Shown: positions 49,053 to 62,544 of the stretch, piece after piece | Numbering within the stretch: the stretch's first letter is position 1 | How the letters are laid out: every line of letters starts with the position of its first letter | Source of the DNA: Chrysomallon squamiferum | Taxonomy: Eukaryota > Animalia > Mollusca | Length of the DNA: 64,000 bases | Assembly (NCBI GenBank): GCA_012295275.1 | Contig: CM022669.1 | Coordinates: 7,812,001-7,876,000, forward strand | Direction of reading: 5' to 3' | Notes under the pieces: model-generated | Told to the model about the DNA's origin: nothing | Seen by the model: the letters and a program-made list of their open reading frames with translations, nothing else | Databases searched by the model: none | Program-made: the position numbers and the translations under genes

Positions 49053-50993
49053 CTCTAAAAACAGTGAAATTTCTCTATTACATTACGATATGATAACAAA
49101 GCACATGGTTAACAAGCACTAATTCACTAAGATTAAAACCTTAAATATACATTAATTTTTAACAAAAAATACTTTCATCATTTTCTTTATTTATCCCTCT
49201 CCACAAATAATATTTTAACAGCATCAGCAGAATAATATTATGTAGATAAACAAAAATGTATGTAACAGTCAAACAATAGCCACGTAATATATACAAAGCT
49301 TTTCCTCTGACATTCGACTCAGCTGCAGACACCAGTGACAAAATGACTCAGTTTACAATAGAGGTTGAATCTGTGGTATATCTTCCTGTAACAGACACCC
49401 CCCACATGAGTGTTGATTTACAACAGTTTGCTCCTATAGCATGTTAATTTTTTCACTCAGTCCCTCGTGGTATATCTTTCATCTTGTCGAACCCCAATAT
49501 TTCTTTTTTATTATTCTTTTCTCATTTCAGATACATTGCTTAATACCAAAATGAAAATTACATATACATATGAAGAGTCTCTTTAAAAACAGTGTTAAGT
49601 TGGTTTCTGTAACATCACGTTTTTTTAATTATCACATAGATTTTGTATTTTTCTAATGTTCAACAGCTTCTCTGTGAATATTCTAATTTGATTCTGATCT
49701 GATAACTACATTACAAAAATGTAATTAATGTTAATATTATGGACACCATTTTCATATTTATATATTTTTGTTTTTAAGGGCATTTTTCTTTTGTTTTTTT
49801 GTTACAGTTCTTATTTTTTCTTTTTTTAAAACTGAAAAATGAAAGTGATTTATTTAAAATAAAAAATTAAACTTTCAATAATTTTGAGACTGTCAATTTA
49901 ATTTTTTAAAATTCGATAATAAGTAATTTTTTATTATTATTATTATTTTTTTTATTCTAAATAAAGAAAACAAAAGATTATTAAGAAGTCAATAGTAAAT
50001 TTTTTGAATTTTTATAATACTTTCCTGTGATAACAAAGATACTGGATATGATATGTTTGCATTTACAGAACCTGGCTATGATGAACCCATAGCACATTAT
50101 AAAACAATAAATAAATTTAAAAAACCAGACAAATAAACAAACAAACAAACTGGTAAATTGAAGAGAAAAACAAATTCTATATTAAAATTAACAATTCAAA
50201 TTCAGATTTGAAAATGGAGCTTAATGTCATTAAATCATGAACCAAATTATCCATACCCTGAAAATTATCTCAAAAAGAATCTGATTTCAATAATATAATG
50301 ATTTTGAAAAAAAATAATAATAAAAACAAATAAAGATTAGTTATTTTCAAAATTTCAAATATTTAAACTTATAGTCTCAAAATTATTTTTATTTTATTTA
50401 TTTTTATTTTTGGTTTTAAATAAATCATTTTCATTTTTGATTTTAAAAAATATAGTAAGACTTGTAAAAAAAAACATAAAAAAACAAGCCCAAAACAATC
50501 ATGTCCTTAAAATCAAAATACATAAATCTCAAAGGAATGAAATTAAATGTATTAATAATGCAGATATGAAGATAATTCAAATCATAATATATGAAGTTTA
50601 TGCATAAAGTATTAAATTAGATATTACTAGTAGATTTTGTCCAGCTTAAAAGAGCCCATTGTCACTAGAAGATTCTTTCTTTAGTTTTTAAGAAAAGCAC
50701 TAAGTACATAAGGACAGTTCCATAATTTTTACATTCTTTATAAATCTGTTTGCACACATACTCACATATTCAAGGTTCAATTAAAATAAAAAATATAAAA
50801 TGACTTGTTACACTGATAAAAATTATCACTTATTTCATCACAGTTAATATATGAAACTAGAAATCAACAGTTATTTCATATTAGATCAAAAAGATTAGCA
50901 CTAATATAATGTTAGTATTGAAAAATAGGTGTCTATGTATGTGTGTATGTGTGCACTGAAGAACAATTATAAAATGAAATATTACAAATTATA

Positions 50994-51024
<31 letters not shown>

Positions 51025-51296
51025 ATACATTAAACAAACTGGGAGTAATTCAGGAAGAAACAAAAAATTCAATACTAGGCTTAAACTAGTTAAGTACAAA
51101 AATTTTGCTATCAACATGGAATTTATATAAACTTCTCCAAAGAAATTTTATTTTCAAATTGTTTTATACAAAGAAAAATATATAAATAAATTAAATAAAA
51201 AAAAAAAGCCATAAAAATAAAAAAAAATTAATATAACAATTTCTTTCCTTCTGTTTTTTTTTTTTTTCATCTGATAAGCAGAAAGGTTTTTCTTGG

Positions 51297-53540
51297 TCAA
51301 CCAAACATAAAAAATTCATATTCCCACATCTCCATCGAAAATTCCTCTTTGACACAGGACTGGAGTCCCGTCTCATTCAGCCTATCCTTAATGAAGTTAG
51401 TCATTTTCTCAGCCAGTTCATTGTTTAATTCAGCAAAAAGATTTTCCTGACGTCCTCCATGAAGTACAGCAAGAATCTTCAAAGCTGGCATCTGTTTCTC
51501 TAAGTGTGGATTATGAATGAAGAAAGATGGCAGCCACATGCTCTGCAGTGCAGAACGAAGAAAATGAATACAGTCTGAGATTCTGTCTGGTAACTTCTCA
51601 ATTGTCCAATGATGAGGGTTGGATTCAAGTAGCAAGGAAAAAAAGAACAGATTCCAAATGGAATGATTTGACTTCTCCTCTGCTGAGCAGGGAAGATTTA
51701 AAACTGTTGGAAAACAAAGCCTTGAGAACGTGCAGGCAGATCTTGTGACATCCATCAACTCCAGACAATTCAAATCTCTGATCCATTGTATTCAGATAAG
51801 CTGATTCAAGATCACTGCAACAAAGATGCCAGAAACATTCAGAAGCCAAAGTTGAGTTCCTGAATATTCTTGACTGTTTGGTGGAAGATGTTTTAAGTTC
51901 TTGAATGTTCCATGGTGGAACTGCATAAACAGCAGGCAGAAAAGATGATTCGTGACAGAGAAGAGGAACTGCAGGAACAAGTTTGATGTTAACTTCCGTA
52001 ATGCCCAGACCAAGTCCATGAAGAATGCGAGTGTCCAGTGACAGTGAGAGCTCTGAAGACTGTGGTTTGTGGAGAGTGAATGGCAGACGATCCATTACTG
52101 TCTTGTGTTTGGTCCCCAGATTGTTCAAAGCTTTTTCCACCAGAGTGTGAGCAGCAGCTAAAACTTCGTAAGGAAGAAGAGAGACTGTCATGTCATCTCC
52201 CACTAACACTCTCTTCATCAGTGGATTCTTTTCACACACTTTGTACTGAACACTCTCTTTCTGAACTCCCAACACAACACGTCCTGGAGGTATCTCTGTG
52301 GTCACTGAGTGATGAAACACATTGAGTGCGTGACAACTGTTTGCCTTCAAAACCATCAGACAGTCAAACTGATTGGCTTTTCCAAACCTGAGACCTTTTG
52401 ACATGCTTCCAATTCCCTTCATCTGCAGCACAGTGACAGGACTCTGTATCTGCTGAAACTCCTTCTCCAACAACATTAGCACATAGCTGACCATCAGACT
52501 GGCTGCAGACCACTGCTCAAGTTTTACTGGGCAATTTGTCTGATAGAACTGCAGAACTTCCTTCAGCATACTGTCCAATGATGTGTTGGTTAGATCAAAA
52601 TCTTCCACAGTTCCAAACTGCCACTGGTGTTGTTCTTGTGTTGTTTCCAATTCGTGCCATGCCAGTGCAGCATCCCTAGCAGCAGCCCCATCAGTGGCAA
52701 AATTAAAAGCATCAAAAGGCAGAGAAGGAGTTTGTTGTTTTGGTCTCCTCCAGCTGCTACGACGCAGTAAACGTGGTGACTGTAAGCTGGTAGCACTTCT
52801 GCTTTCATTCAGACTTGGAGTTGGCTCACATCTAGTCATTCCATTTGATCCTATGCCAAGGGTCTTGTCGAGCTCAACTAAAAATTTATCTATAGTACAG
52901 TGTAGAAATGATTCTGTGTCTGTTTTCTTTGACAACATCCTGCTTTTACTTGACGATGAACTAAACACTATCAGCTGAATGGGGCACTTTTCTTTTGGCA
53001 CAGGCACTTTCACTTCAGGCACTGAGTCATTCACCTGCTCAAGATTACTCTGCTCCTTTTTCACAATGGTGTAACTTCCTCTTCTTATGTGTGTTCTTTT
53101 TTTTGCAGGAATCTGTACACCCAAGGCTTTGGAAGAAAACTTCTTGTAAATAATTCGAAAGGCACATATTCCTAATAAACCAAATATTACTGATAAGGCT
53201 ATGATCACTGAATAGTTCATTAGAGAAGCTGCCTGAATATTTTTCTGTATTGTTAAATCTATAAGGCTCTCACAGGATGGTGTTACATTTTCCAAGATGT
53301 CATTTGTTTCACTGTCATTAGTCTGAATTCTTCCAAACCCATAGAAAAACCTAAGTCCTCTGAAAACTCTGGTCCAAACAGAATCTCTAGGTTGAAATTT
53401 TTGTTCATCTTCATAAAGGTCATTTTGCTGTATCTGATCACTATTGTCCTGCTGTTGGTCTTGACATTTATGTATAAGAAAGTGAAATGTTATGTTGTAG
53501 GAAAGGTCATCAGTAAGTGACAACCATTTATTTAAAATAT
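51297..53540 (-). CDS. Transmembrane Mab-21/cGAS-like nucleotidyltransferase-fold protein (MiD49/51- or ITPRIP-like); one large exon with a 1-nt frameshift at the A7 run 51638-51644; start codon unresolved
   Basis: TM helix SVIIALSVIFGLLGICAF followed by basic residues; degenerate NTase motif GIGSMSKGLRFGKANQFDCLMV; Mab-21 helical motifs FWHLCCSDLESAYL, GCHKICLHVLKAL, KSFHLESVLF, continuing in the next frame with LLLESNPHHWTIEKLPDRISDCIHFLRSALQSMWLPSFF...NLF. Acceptor TTTTACAG precedes 53540. Confidence 0.85.
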
Positions 53541-54540
53541 CTGTAAAATAAACATCATAATATTAAACATTTTAACAGATAAAAAAAAAAAATAAAAAGC
53601 AACTCTATAAATTAATGTGAAAAAATTAAATAAATGATTATTTGTGACACAGACAGTTACAGTATATACCAAAAAAAAAAAAAAAAAACTTTATAAAGTG
53701 ATTGTAAATTAATAATATAAAAATAACTTTAACATTTCTATCAAATATTGTCGTTAGAAGTCGAAATAACCGAAATAAGCTAAAACTATCTCGCTTCTAA
53801 TTATTATTATTATTATTTTTCTCTTTTTTTTTGCATCTGATTCCTGACAGAGTTTGAGGTATTGAAGAATTGGCCAAGTAAAATTGGATTTGTAAATTTT
53901 GTTTGCTTGTACGAAAAGTTCTAGTGCCGTGACTTCACGCTGACAAAAAGTGAAAAACTTTTAACGGCTGGTCATTTATGACTATTAGTCTATATTATTT
54001 ATTTATTTGCCTTTATGATTATTATTATTATAATAACACAATACCAACTTTTATATAGAAGCATCATCCTGAAATGCTACTGCGTTCGCCAGATCTATTC
54101 TAGATGTCAGAACTTTCGATTCTCATACTTAAAAAAATTAATTTCAAAAAAAAAAAAAAAAAAAAAAATATTATTAGAGTAGCCTCCCCTCTATTACTGT
54201 ATTAATTAGCTCCCATTACTGCATGTCGTTAACAAATGAGAAGACGAGACTAATTAAACATACACACATACACACACACATAATAAAATAAATAAATAAT
54301 AAATCTAGAGACTGATTATCAGACAAACAATGTTCTCTTCAAAAACGACAAAAAAATAAGACAAACAACAACATAGATTGGCTTGTCTTAATGTATAAAT
54401 GTCATCATCAAATATCTTAATATGCAACTGTTCGTGTTCCCCTCACTATAGTGGATGGTAATGGTATTGTGCTTAATTGTAAAGTTATTTTGCACGTCGA
54501 AATAATAATAATAATAATAATAATAATATTGCCGTTGTCG

Positions 54541-54589
<49 letters not shown>

Positions 54590-54950
54590 GTGAATTGTTT
54601 AATCTTCCATATATCTGTGTGTATGTGTTTGTATGTATGTATATATGTACGCATGTATGTATGTTTGTATGTACGTACGTATGTATGTATGTATGTTTGT
54701 ATGAATGTGGCGCATGTGTGTAGCTAGCTATATTAATATGTAGGTGTGTTTATAGGTATGCAATATCAAGGAATTATTTGGAGATAAATATTTTTTGTGT
54801 GTGCATTTGGTTTGTTGTTTCATTTTGTGGATTTTAAATGCTTCTAAATGTTATTAAACATTTATAGTAATTATTTTCTTCTCTTTTATTATTTTCTTAA
54901 ACTTATTTTTTATTATTTCATTTTAACTTTTTTGTAATCATTATTTTATC

Positions 54951-54986
<36 letters not shown>

Positions 54987-55239
54987 TATTTATTATTATT
55001 TTATTTATTTTATTTATTTATTTTTGTTAGTAGTAATAATAATAATAAAATATTTTTTTTAAATGTGTGTGGTGAAACTGAATATCGCAGCATAATGAAA
55101 ATTCTTATTTTACTGTTACTAAATAACATTAATCAACTAGATATATATTAAACACACGCACACACACAACACATGCACACACACACACACACACAAAAAT
55201 TTGCTTCAACTTTCGATACACTACTGATAAATAGAGGCG

Positions 55240-55345
55240 TGAGTACCCCGAGAGCGTTTCTTGGCAACATGACGCAGTGACGTCACGAGCCTTTTGTTCA
55301 AACCTATCCGAATGCTTATTGGGAAAAACAGGCGCCCATAACCCG
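55240..55345. promoter_or_regulatory. CpG-rich, possibly bidirectional promoter with a full CRE
   Basis: TGACGTCA at 55278-55285 inside the palindrome GTGACGTCAC, adjacent TGACGCA at 55270-55276, ATTGG (reverse CCAAT) at 55318-55322. Lies between two divergent genes. Confidence 0.55.
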
Positions 55346-55509
55346 CGAGTTAAACCGTCCTGTAAAGGTGACAAATTTTATTTCGAGGAAAGAAAACGTT
55401 CACAGAGGATTTATACTTCAGATTTAACATGACATAGACGTGACTTTAAAAAAAAAAAAAAACACACATAAGAACACACAACAGCGCTGGTTCGCTAGTT
55501 GAAAGCGAA

Positions 55510-55968
55510 ATGAAATATAAAAGAGAGACGGGCGGTACATTGCCTCGCGTGTGTATTCTGCTTCTAGCAGTTTTATTGCAGACGATAGGTGGGTGAAAAA
55601 ATCAATAATCTAAACATTCTTCTTTTTTTATTATTTCTTTTTTTTGTGTGTAAAAGTAATAATAAGTGACACACACACACGCGCACACAGAGCTCACTAT
55701 TATGACGTTTACGACAAATAAAATTATAAAATTTAAAATTTTAAAAATTATATATAAAGCATATTATTGACTACTGAAGTTAACCAGGATTTCACTTTTT
55801 AATTTATTTTACAAAGGATAATATTTCACTATGATATCACTGATTTTTATTTAAAAGTAAATAAACTATTAAACAAATAAACTTTTTCCCTTCCATTCTT
55901 CCTTTTTATGGTTTTAAACATCGTATCGATAGATATACAAGAAATTTGTTTTTCTTTTAGGTTATTTG

Positions 55969-55999
<31 letters not shown>

Positions 56000-57194
56000 A
56001 AATGTTAATCTGTTTATTAAAATTAATGTGATACATTCATAAATTTTATTTAAAATCTAATTAAGTACAGTTAACTAGTTACTACTACTACTACTACTAC
56101 TAAACACACTCCTGTTTCTACCTATGATACTGCTACTATTAATTTTCTACAAACTGTCATATTATAATTATTATTACTATCATTAAAACCAGTATAATAT
56201 TACAAACGCTATACCACTTGTACATGGGTAATTACAATATTTTTTTTTTTCTGAACATTTACATGAAAACATCATAATGTATGATAGATTACCATGACGA
56301 TAAATATTAAACAACTGTTTAAACAACAGTTACAACAACAGTGCAGCTACTACTGCTACCATTACATTAAAAAGTACTACTAATTAAGCTATAAGTTTAC
56401 ATACTATTATTATTATTTACTACCATTAAATTAAAAGTTTAATTACTATTACTACTGTTGTTATATTAATATTAACAGTATTAAAAACAAAAAAGAAAAC
56501 TCCATTTTTTCTTTTTTTTTAATGCTACTTTCACTATCATTCTAAACATTTGTAACTAATAAAGAATAATAATAATAAAAAACAAACTTCACAGAAAATC
56601 TATTGTTCTCTACTGTTATAACTGAATAGCTAAATTAACAAAACCATTCACTTACGGTAGCAGATTTTTGACTTCGCATGAATCTAAACGTAATAAAAAA
56701 AATCAATGGAACAAAATTTGATTATCCATAATTCATTATTATAAAGAAATTTTTTAAATATCATAGCCCTTTATCAAAAGTTTATTTAAAATGTTATTGT
56801 TCCTATAGATATAATATTAAAACCATAAAAATATATCCTTAAAACTTCATTCACTACAGTTATTGTTTTTTGAGTTATCATCATTGTAATTATCATTATT
56901 ATTATAATTTTTGTTTCTAGTTACTAAACATTATCATTCATTATATTTTTGGTTTTCTTTCTTTTTTTAATTTATTTATTATTATTTTTAATTTTTCTTA
57001 TTACTACCATTTTTATTACTGTTTATATTTTGAAATTTCAGAACTTTCAGTGAAATAATTATTCTTCATAACTGTCTGCAGTATTAGAATGAAAATCTTC
57101 AAGAAATTCTTATTATTTTCCACAGTATTACAACTACTACTACTTCTACTACTATTGCCACTACTACTTGTACTACTACTACTACTACTACAAC

Positions 57195-57238
<44 letters not shown>

Positions 57239-57393
57239 TTTTGTTGTTGTTGTTGTTGTTATCAGGAATGTTTTTGTTTTTTCTCAGATTCTGTTGACAG
57301 TGTGTGTAACTGTACCACTGACTGTGTAATAAGCTGTTCAGCTGGAGAATACTTTGAATCAGGAAACTGCCTAACTTGTCCAAAAGGATACTA
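55510..57393 (+). CDS. 5' exons of a secreted or membrane Cys-rich protein (GCC2_GCC3 / Eph-like / TNFR-like repeats); join(55510..55588,57288..57393); gene continues downstream
   Basis: Exon 1 MKYKRETGGTLPRVCILLLAVLLQTI (signal-peptide-like, G|GTGGGT, phase 1) splices in frame to DSVDSVCNCTTDCVISCSAGEYFESGNCLTCPKGY(Y), which ends TA|GTAAGT. I did not find the next exon in the window. Confidence 0.7.
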
Positions 57394-58056
57394 GTAAGTG
57401 ACATCATAGCAACACTTTGTTCTTCTTTAAATTATAAAAGATAAAAGTTTGTATGTGAAATCATAGATTATACTTTGTACTTTTTGTTATTTTTATTTTT
57501 TAAATTATCGGAAATCTTCCCCTTAACAGATATTAAATTATTGCCAAACAAAAAAAAAAAAAATAATAATAATAATCAAAATACTTATAAGCAAAAATGC
57601 CCTTCTAATTAGTGTATTTTCTCCATTCTTTTCACAGAAAGACACAGTACTATAAAATACTTGCTTTAAAGAATATTAGTAACTTAGAAAATTGTAACAC
57701 TTAATTAGTCAAGTTTTAATTCCAAACTCTTTGCCCAAAAGGTAAAAAATACTGTAAAACATTGTGTTGTTAGTAACTGAAATGAGCTATGTGTTTTGTT
57801 TAAAAAACAAAACAACTAAAACACTGTTGCATATTTTTATTCGCAACTGACGTATATTCTGTCTGTTCACAACATCTACTAAGAACTGTTAATTTAAATT
57901 AATTTATTTTTCCAGAAATGATTCACACATAGTGTTGTCTTAGTTACATTATCTTTAGAAACATTTTTATATAACATATATATATATATATTTTTTTAAC
58001 TGCAATTAAAATTCAATTTACATGTTTTTTTAAAAGAATTAGTCAAAAGTGATTAA

Positions 58057-58133
58057 CATAAATAAACTGTAAATAACACTGATAAGTACATAAATAAACT
58101 GTAAATAACACAGATAAGTACATAAATAAACAG
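58057..58133. repeat. About 31-bp tandem repeat (ACATAAATAAACTGTAAATAACACTGATAAGT), about 2.5 copies
   Basis: Direct observation. Confidence 0.8.
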
Positions 58134-59827
58134 ATTTGAAGGAAATGATCTTTAACAAACAGAACATGCAATAATTTGTTTTATTTGCACGCAAGGAAAA
58201 ATAAATTTAAGACAACAAACAGAATTGTGTAAATGAAAGGGTATGACAAAACAACAACAACAACAACAACAACAATAATAAAAAAAAACAGAAAGAAAAC
58301 CAATTAAAAAGTAATTTTGTTTCATCATTTTATAAAATGTATTATAGTTTGAAATATTAATTAAATAACAACAACATGCAACTTTGTTGCACTTAAAATA
58401 ACACTGTATTTGTTAGGAAACAATGTATTACATGATACCACAATACAGCCTGCTATCAAATCAGATTTTACTAAGATATTGTTATGCATTCTAATCGTGA
58501 TCTGTGCACCTGAACATTAATACCTCCACCTGTCTCATTTGCAAGACTTAATTGTGGAACTTTTGGCAAGTCTTATGATAATTACAATGCACATTATTAT
58601 TCACCTTTTTAATTTTGTCATAATAATACTGAACTGGCATAAAAAAAAAAAAAAATTTTGCTTAATAGAATTATACCAATTCAGTCTAAAAGAAATGAAC
58701 TTTAAGATCACAGTTTAAGAAACACTTCTTAAGCCACTGTTAATAAGAAATTTGTTTTATAATTCTTTTCTTGAACATAATAGTTAATATTGTTATTATT
58801 ATTATACAAAACCAGTGTATTAAAACATTTACATGAATTCACATTCGCAACTGAAATGTATAACAAGCAAATAATATTAACAAATACACTGTACATGATA
58901 GGAGAACATTTAAATAATCTTTTTCTGTTATGTTTCACTAATCAGTCAAGTAGTAACTAAAACACTGTTCTGCTTTGTTTGATGTACAAAATCTAACAGT
59001 AAATTTACAATACACATAGCCTTTGAGAAGTAACACAAGGTATCTGGACTTACTTACAATATCCAGATGAGCAGAATTTCATGAAATTCAGACAACTATA
59101 CATGAATTTCATTATTTTTTAGAAATTTGTATTATTTAGACAATCAGGTTTCAGTATCTAAATAGTCAGAAATTCATTATCTCCAAAACAACAATGTATT
59201 TATTATATTTAGACTGAACATAAATTTACAGATACAAGCACAACACACACATACTCACTCACACACACATTCCCATCCAAAAAACACAAGGAATTTGTGA
59301 TATTTAAACAAACAGAAGTTTTTGACATCCTTACAAAATCAGATATTTATGATATTCAGACTTATTGTATATTGTATAATACAGCCTGGATATAACAATA
59401 TCACTATTATATATTCTATTCTGTTCTATTCTATTCTATTCTATTCTATTCTATTCTATTCTATTTATTTATTTATTATTATTATTATTTTTTTTTTTTT
59501 TTTTAAACCATTCCCAACCATGTTAGGTAAGAGTTTAACTGTTTGAACAATGTGGCAGACTGATATATTAATCTTGACCCGTCTCAGAAAGATCTCCAGA
59601 TATTTCCTAACAGTTCAAATTATCATGAAGTTTTATCTACGTACATACTTCACAGAAACATTTATAATTTGATAAGACTACACATGCAGGCCTTGAAAAA
59701 CAGAGTATTTGTTTTCTGATATTACATCCTGTTAAAAAACCAAGGAACATTTTAAAAACATTTTCTGTATAAAGAGCGAGGTGCTTTTTAACCTCATAAA
59801 AATAAAACCTCTTTGTGTATGCCTATA

Positions 59828-59965
59828 CCTGTCCAGTGGCTCAATGGTTAAAAGACATGTATAGGAAATGACACAGGTCACAGGGTCAATCCTTTATGGT
59901 GCACCCTTTGAGATATTTATCATTCCAATACATTTCTCCTGATTTGTTTATCGCTGGTTATAAGT
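59828..59965 (+). mobile_element. Degenerate tRNA-derived SINE 5' portion
   Basis: A-box-like GTGGCTCAATGGTTAA and B-box-like GGGTCAATCC about 45 bp apart, followed by GGTGCACCCTTTGAGATATTTATCATTCCA, which resembles a gastropod SINE body as I recall it. A similar reverse-strand remnant lies near 7920-7975. Confidence 0.5.
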
Positions 59966-60886
59966 ACAAGCTTTCCAAGGTTTAGGGATGGTAAGCACAA
60001 CTCCACCAATCCCATTTCTGAAAGGCCAGCTGAGTTGGTGCCTTGAGAACATATAAAAGAAATTAGGATAATATTACTTGCTAAGCCTTATTACCGCAGT
60101 GTAGTAATTTATTTAATAAAACACAGTTGAAGTTGTAATTGTGTTGTAAATAATCTGTAAACGATTATTATGCACATCATTTCCAAGACTCATGGGATCA
60201 TTTCTCTATACAATTTTCTTTTGTTCATTTGTCTGTATGTATTGCTCATTGTGAGGTCTGGTTTATTTTATTATTTTATTAATTTTTATTTTTATTTTAT
60301 TTTTTTTTTTTCTATTTATTTAAGATGTAATATAGTTGTTCTGAAGTGGGCCACTTTTATCAAAAAACTTCAGGGAATCTGCTACATGCATATTTATATA
60401 TTTGTACTGTGACAGTAAATAATTAATAGAAATAATGATTGTATTGACATGTGAAGTGAACTGTGTCAAACTCATTAAATAACATTCGTTGAGCAAAAGA
60501 TAGAGAAAACTCATTAATAAACAGTGTCTTGTATGTGTGTGAAATGAAGGCCTTTCAAATATTTTTACTTCATTAAAGAAAGAAAAAAAATTAAAAATAT
60601 CTTCAACTGATATATTAAATTCCTGTCTTGCCTTGGTTTTATTTTGAATGTATGGACTTGTTAAATAAAACAAGACAAAATAATTTTTATTCCCAAAAGT
60701 GATGATTTTTAAAGAAATAATCTGTAGTGGTACTCTTGCCTAAATATAAACATTTCAAGTTGGGTTATTTAAAATATTTGTACATCATAACAAAATATGT
60801 GAAAATAAATATTTTGATGTTTATATGTGAGGTAAAACATTTTTGGTTGACATTTTAAATATTCCAAATTACATAACAACAATTTA

Positions 60887-61030
60887 AAAAATAAAATAAA
60901 ATAAAATAAAATAAAATAAAATAAAATAAAATAAAATAAAATAAAATAAAATAAAATAAAATAAAATAAAATAAAATAAAATAAAATAAAATAAAATAAA
61001 ATAAAATAAAATTAAATAAAATTAAATTAA
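60887..61030. repeat. (TAAAA)n pentanucleotide microsatellite
   Basis: Direct observation. Confidence 0.95.
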
Positions 61031-62544
61031 AAATAAAAAATAAAAATAATTTAATAAACAAAAATAAATAAATTATTAATAAATAAATAAATTAAAAAAA
61101 CCAAAAAAAAACAAAAAAAACAACAACGAATAAAATAAAATAAATGAACAATAGTATAAAGATTAAATAAATCATGAAGTATTACTGATAATATTAAGCT
61201 GACATTTCATGCAGATTTCTTTTCAACAATGCAAGATAAATGATTAGGCACCTTACTGACATGTCAAGATAAGCATTTCAAAGTAGATATAACTAATTAA
61301 TGTCATGTCATGCTAATACCATTGTGTTTAATAACAGCTGCAAGTTACACCCAGTCACTTCATAACAATAACGTTAATAAAGTATAAATGTTCTCAAGCT
61401 GTTTTATTTGGTTATATTATATTAATTTGTATTATATATATCTATTTACTGTTTGGTAGCTTTATTATTTGTATTATATATGTATTTACTGTTTGGTATC
61501 TTTATTATTTGTATTTATCATTTTATTTATTTTTATTGTTTGTCTAGTTTTTAGTTTTTATGTTAAGTAATATTTAACTACTTTTTATTCATTTAATTTA
61601 TGTTTATTAATTGTTACTTTATATACTTAATATGACACTTTATATACATATATATATCATTACTTTAAGTATACTTGAAATGAAGTTGTTATATGTCATA
61701 ATTGAGAGGTAGCAGAAGAGTATGTTGGCCTGTGTTCTGTTGACATTACTTGCAATAAATGAAAACATATTCAAATCTGTATGTGTGTGTGTATATATAA
61801 TGTATATATATAAACATGTATAAATGTAAAAAAGTTAATCATTAGTTACAAGAACTTAAAATTGATGAAAATAATCCTTCCTTTTAAAGTGTGTAGTAGT
61901 TATTACCTTGTACTGTGCCTTTTATAGAAATTTGCAAATGCCCCCCACCCCCAAAAAAACCCAACATTTATTTATATATATATATATATATATAAAGTTA
62001 TTTTTATACAAATTACAAGTAATTTAAAAAAAATATATTATAAATGTTGGTACTTAAGAAAGAAAACATTTTCTGAAGCACCCGATGTTGAAAATACATT
62101 GCCCAAACATTAGCAATTCAACTGTTTCTTTACATATTAAACACACGTTCAGTGTCCCTGCAGTTTGAAGAGTTAAGATCTGTAGGTGTGTCATCAATGA
62201 AGATTTATTTATGTAAACAGACGTAAGCTATAGAGTAAACTTAACTTTGCTGTACTTGACACATGCCCTGAATAAATATTTGTTATCTGTTTTGGTAAAA
62301 TGGTGTTTATATGTCTTTTTTTTTTTAACTTTCTTCTTTCCTTTTTTTTTATTTTTATTGTTTACAAATATTGTAATTATGTAGAGGTTTTGTCAAGTGC
62401 AACAAAGTGAAAGTTCAATATGCTCCTTAGTGCATTTTGTTTAACTTTTTAATTTTAAAATGTGACTATAGACCATTCCTTAACATATATAACCCATTAT
62501 TTGTACTATGAAATGTAGTCATAACAGAATTTGATTAATTTTGT

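Noticed and set aside
59056-59083. Minus-strand mini-exon (MKFCSSGY, phase 1, GTAAGT donor) that would fit the Mab-21 exon phase
   Set aside because: 5.5 kb away, antisense inside another gene, not signal-peptide-like; probably chance.
59828-59895. tRNA gene
   Set aside because: Only A/B-box-like remnants with no cloverleaf stems; better explained as a SINE head.
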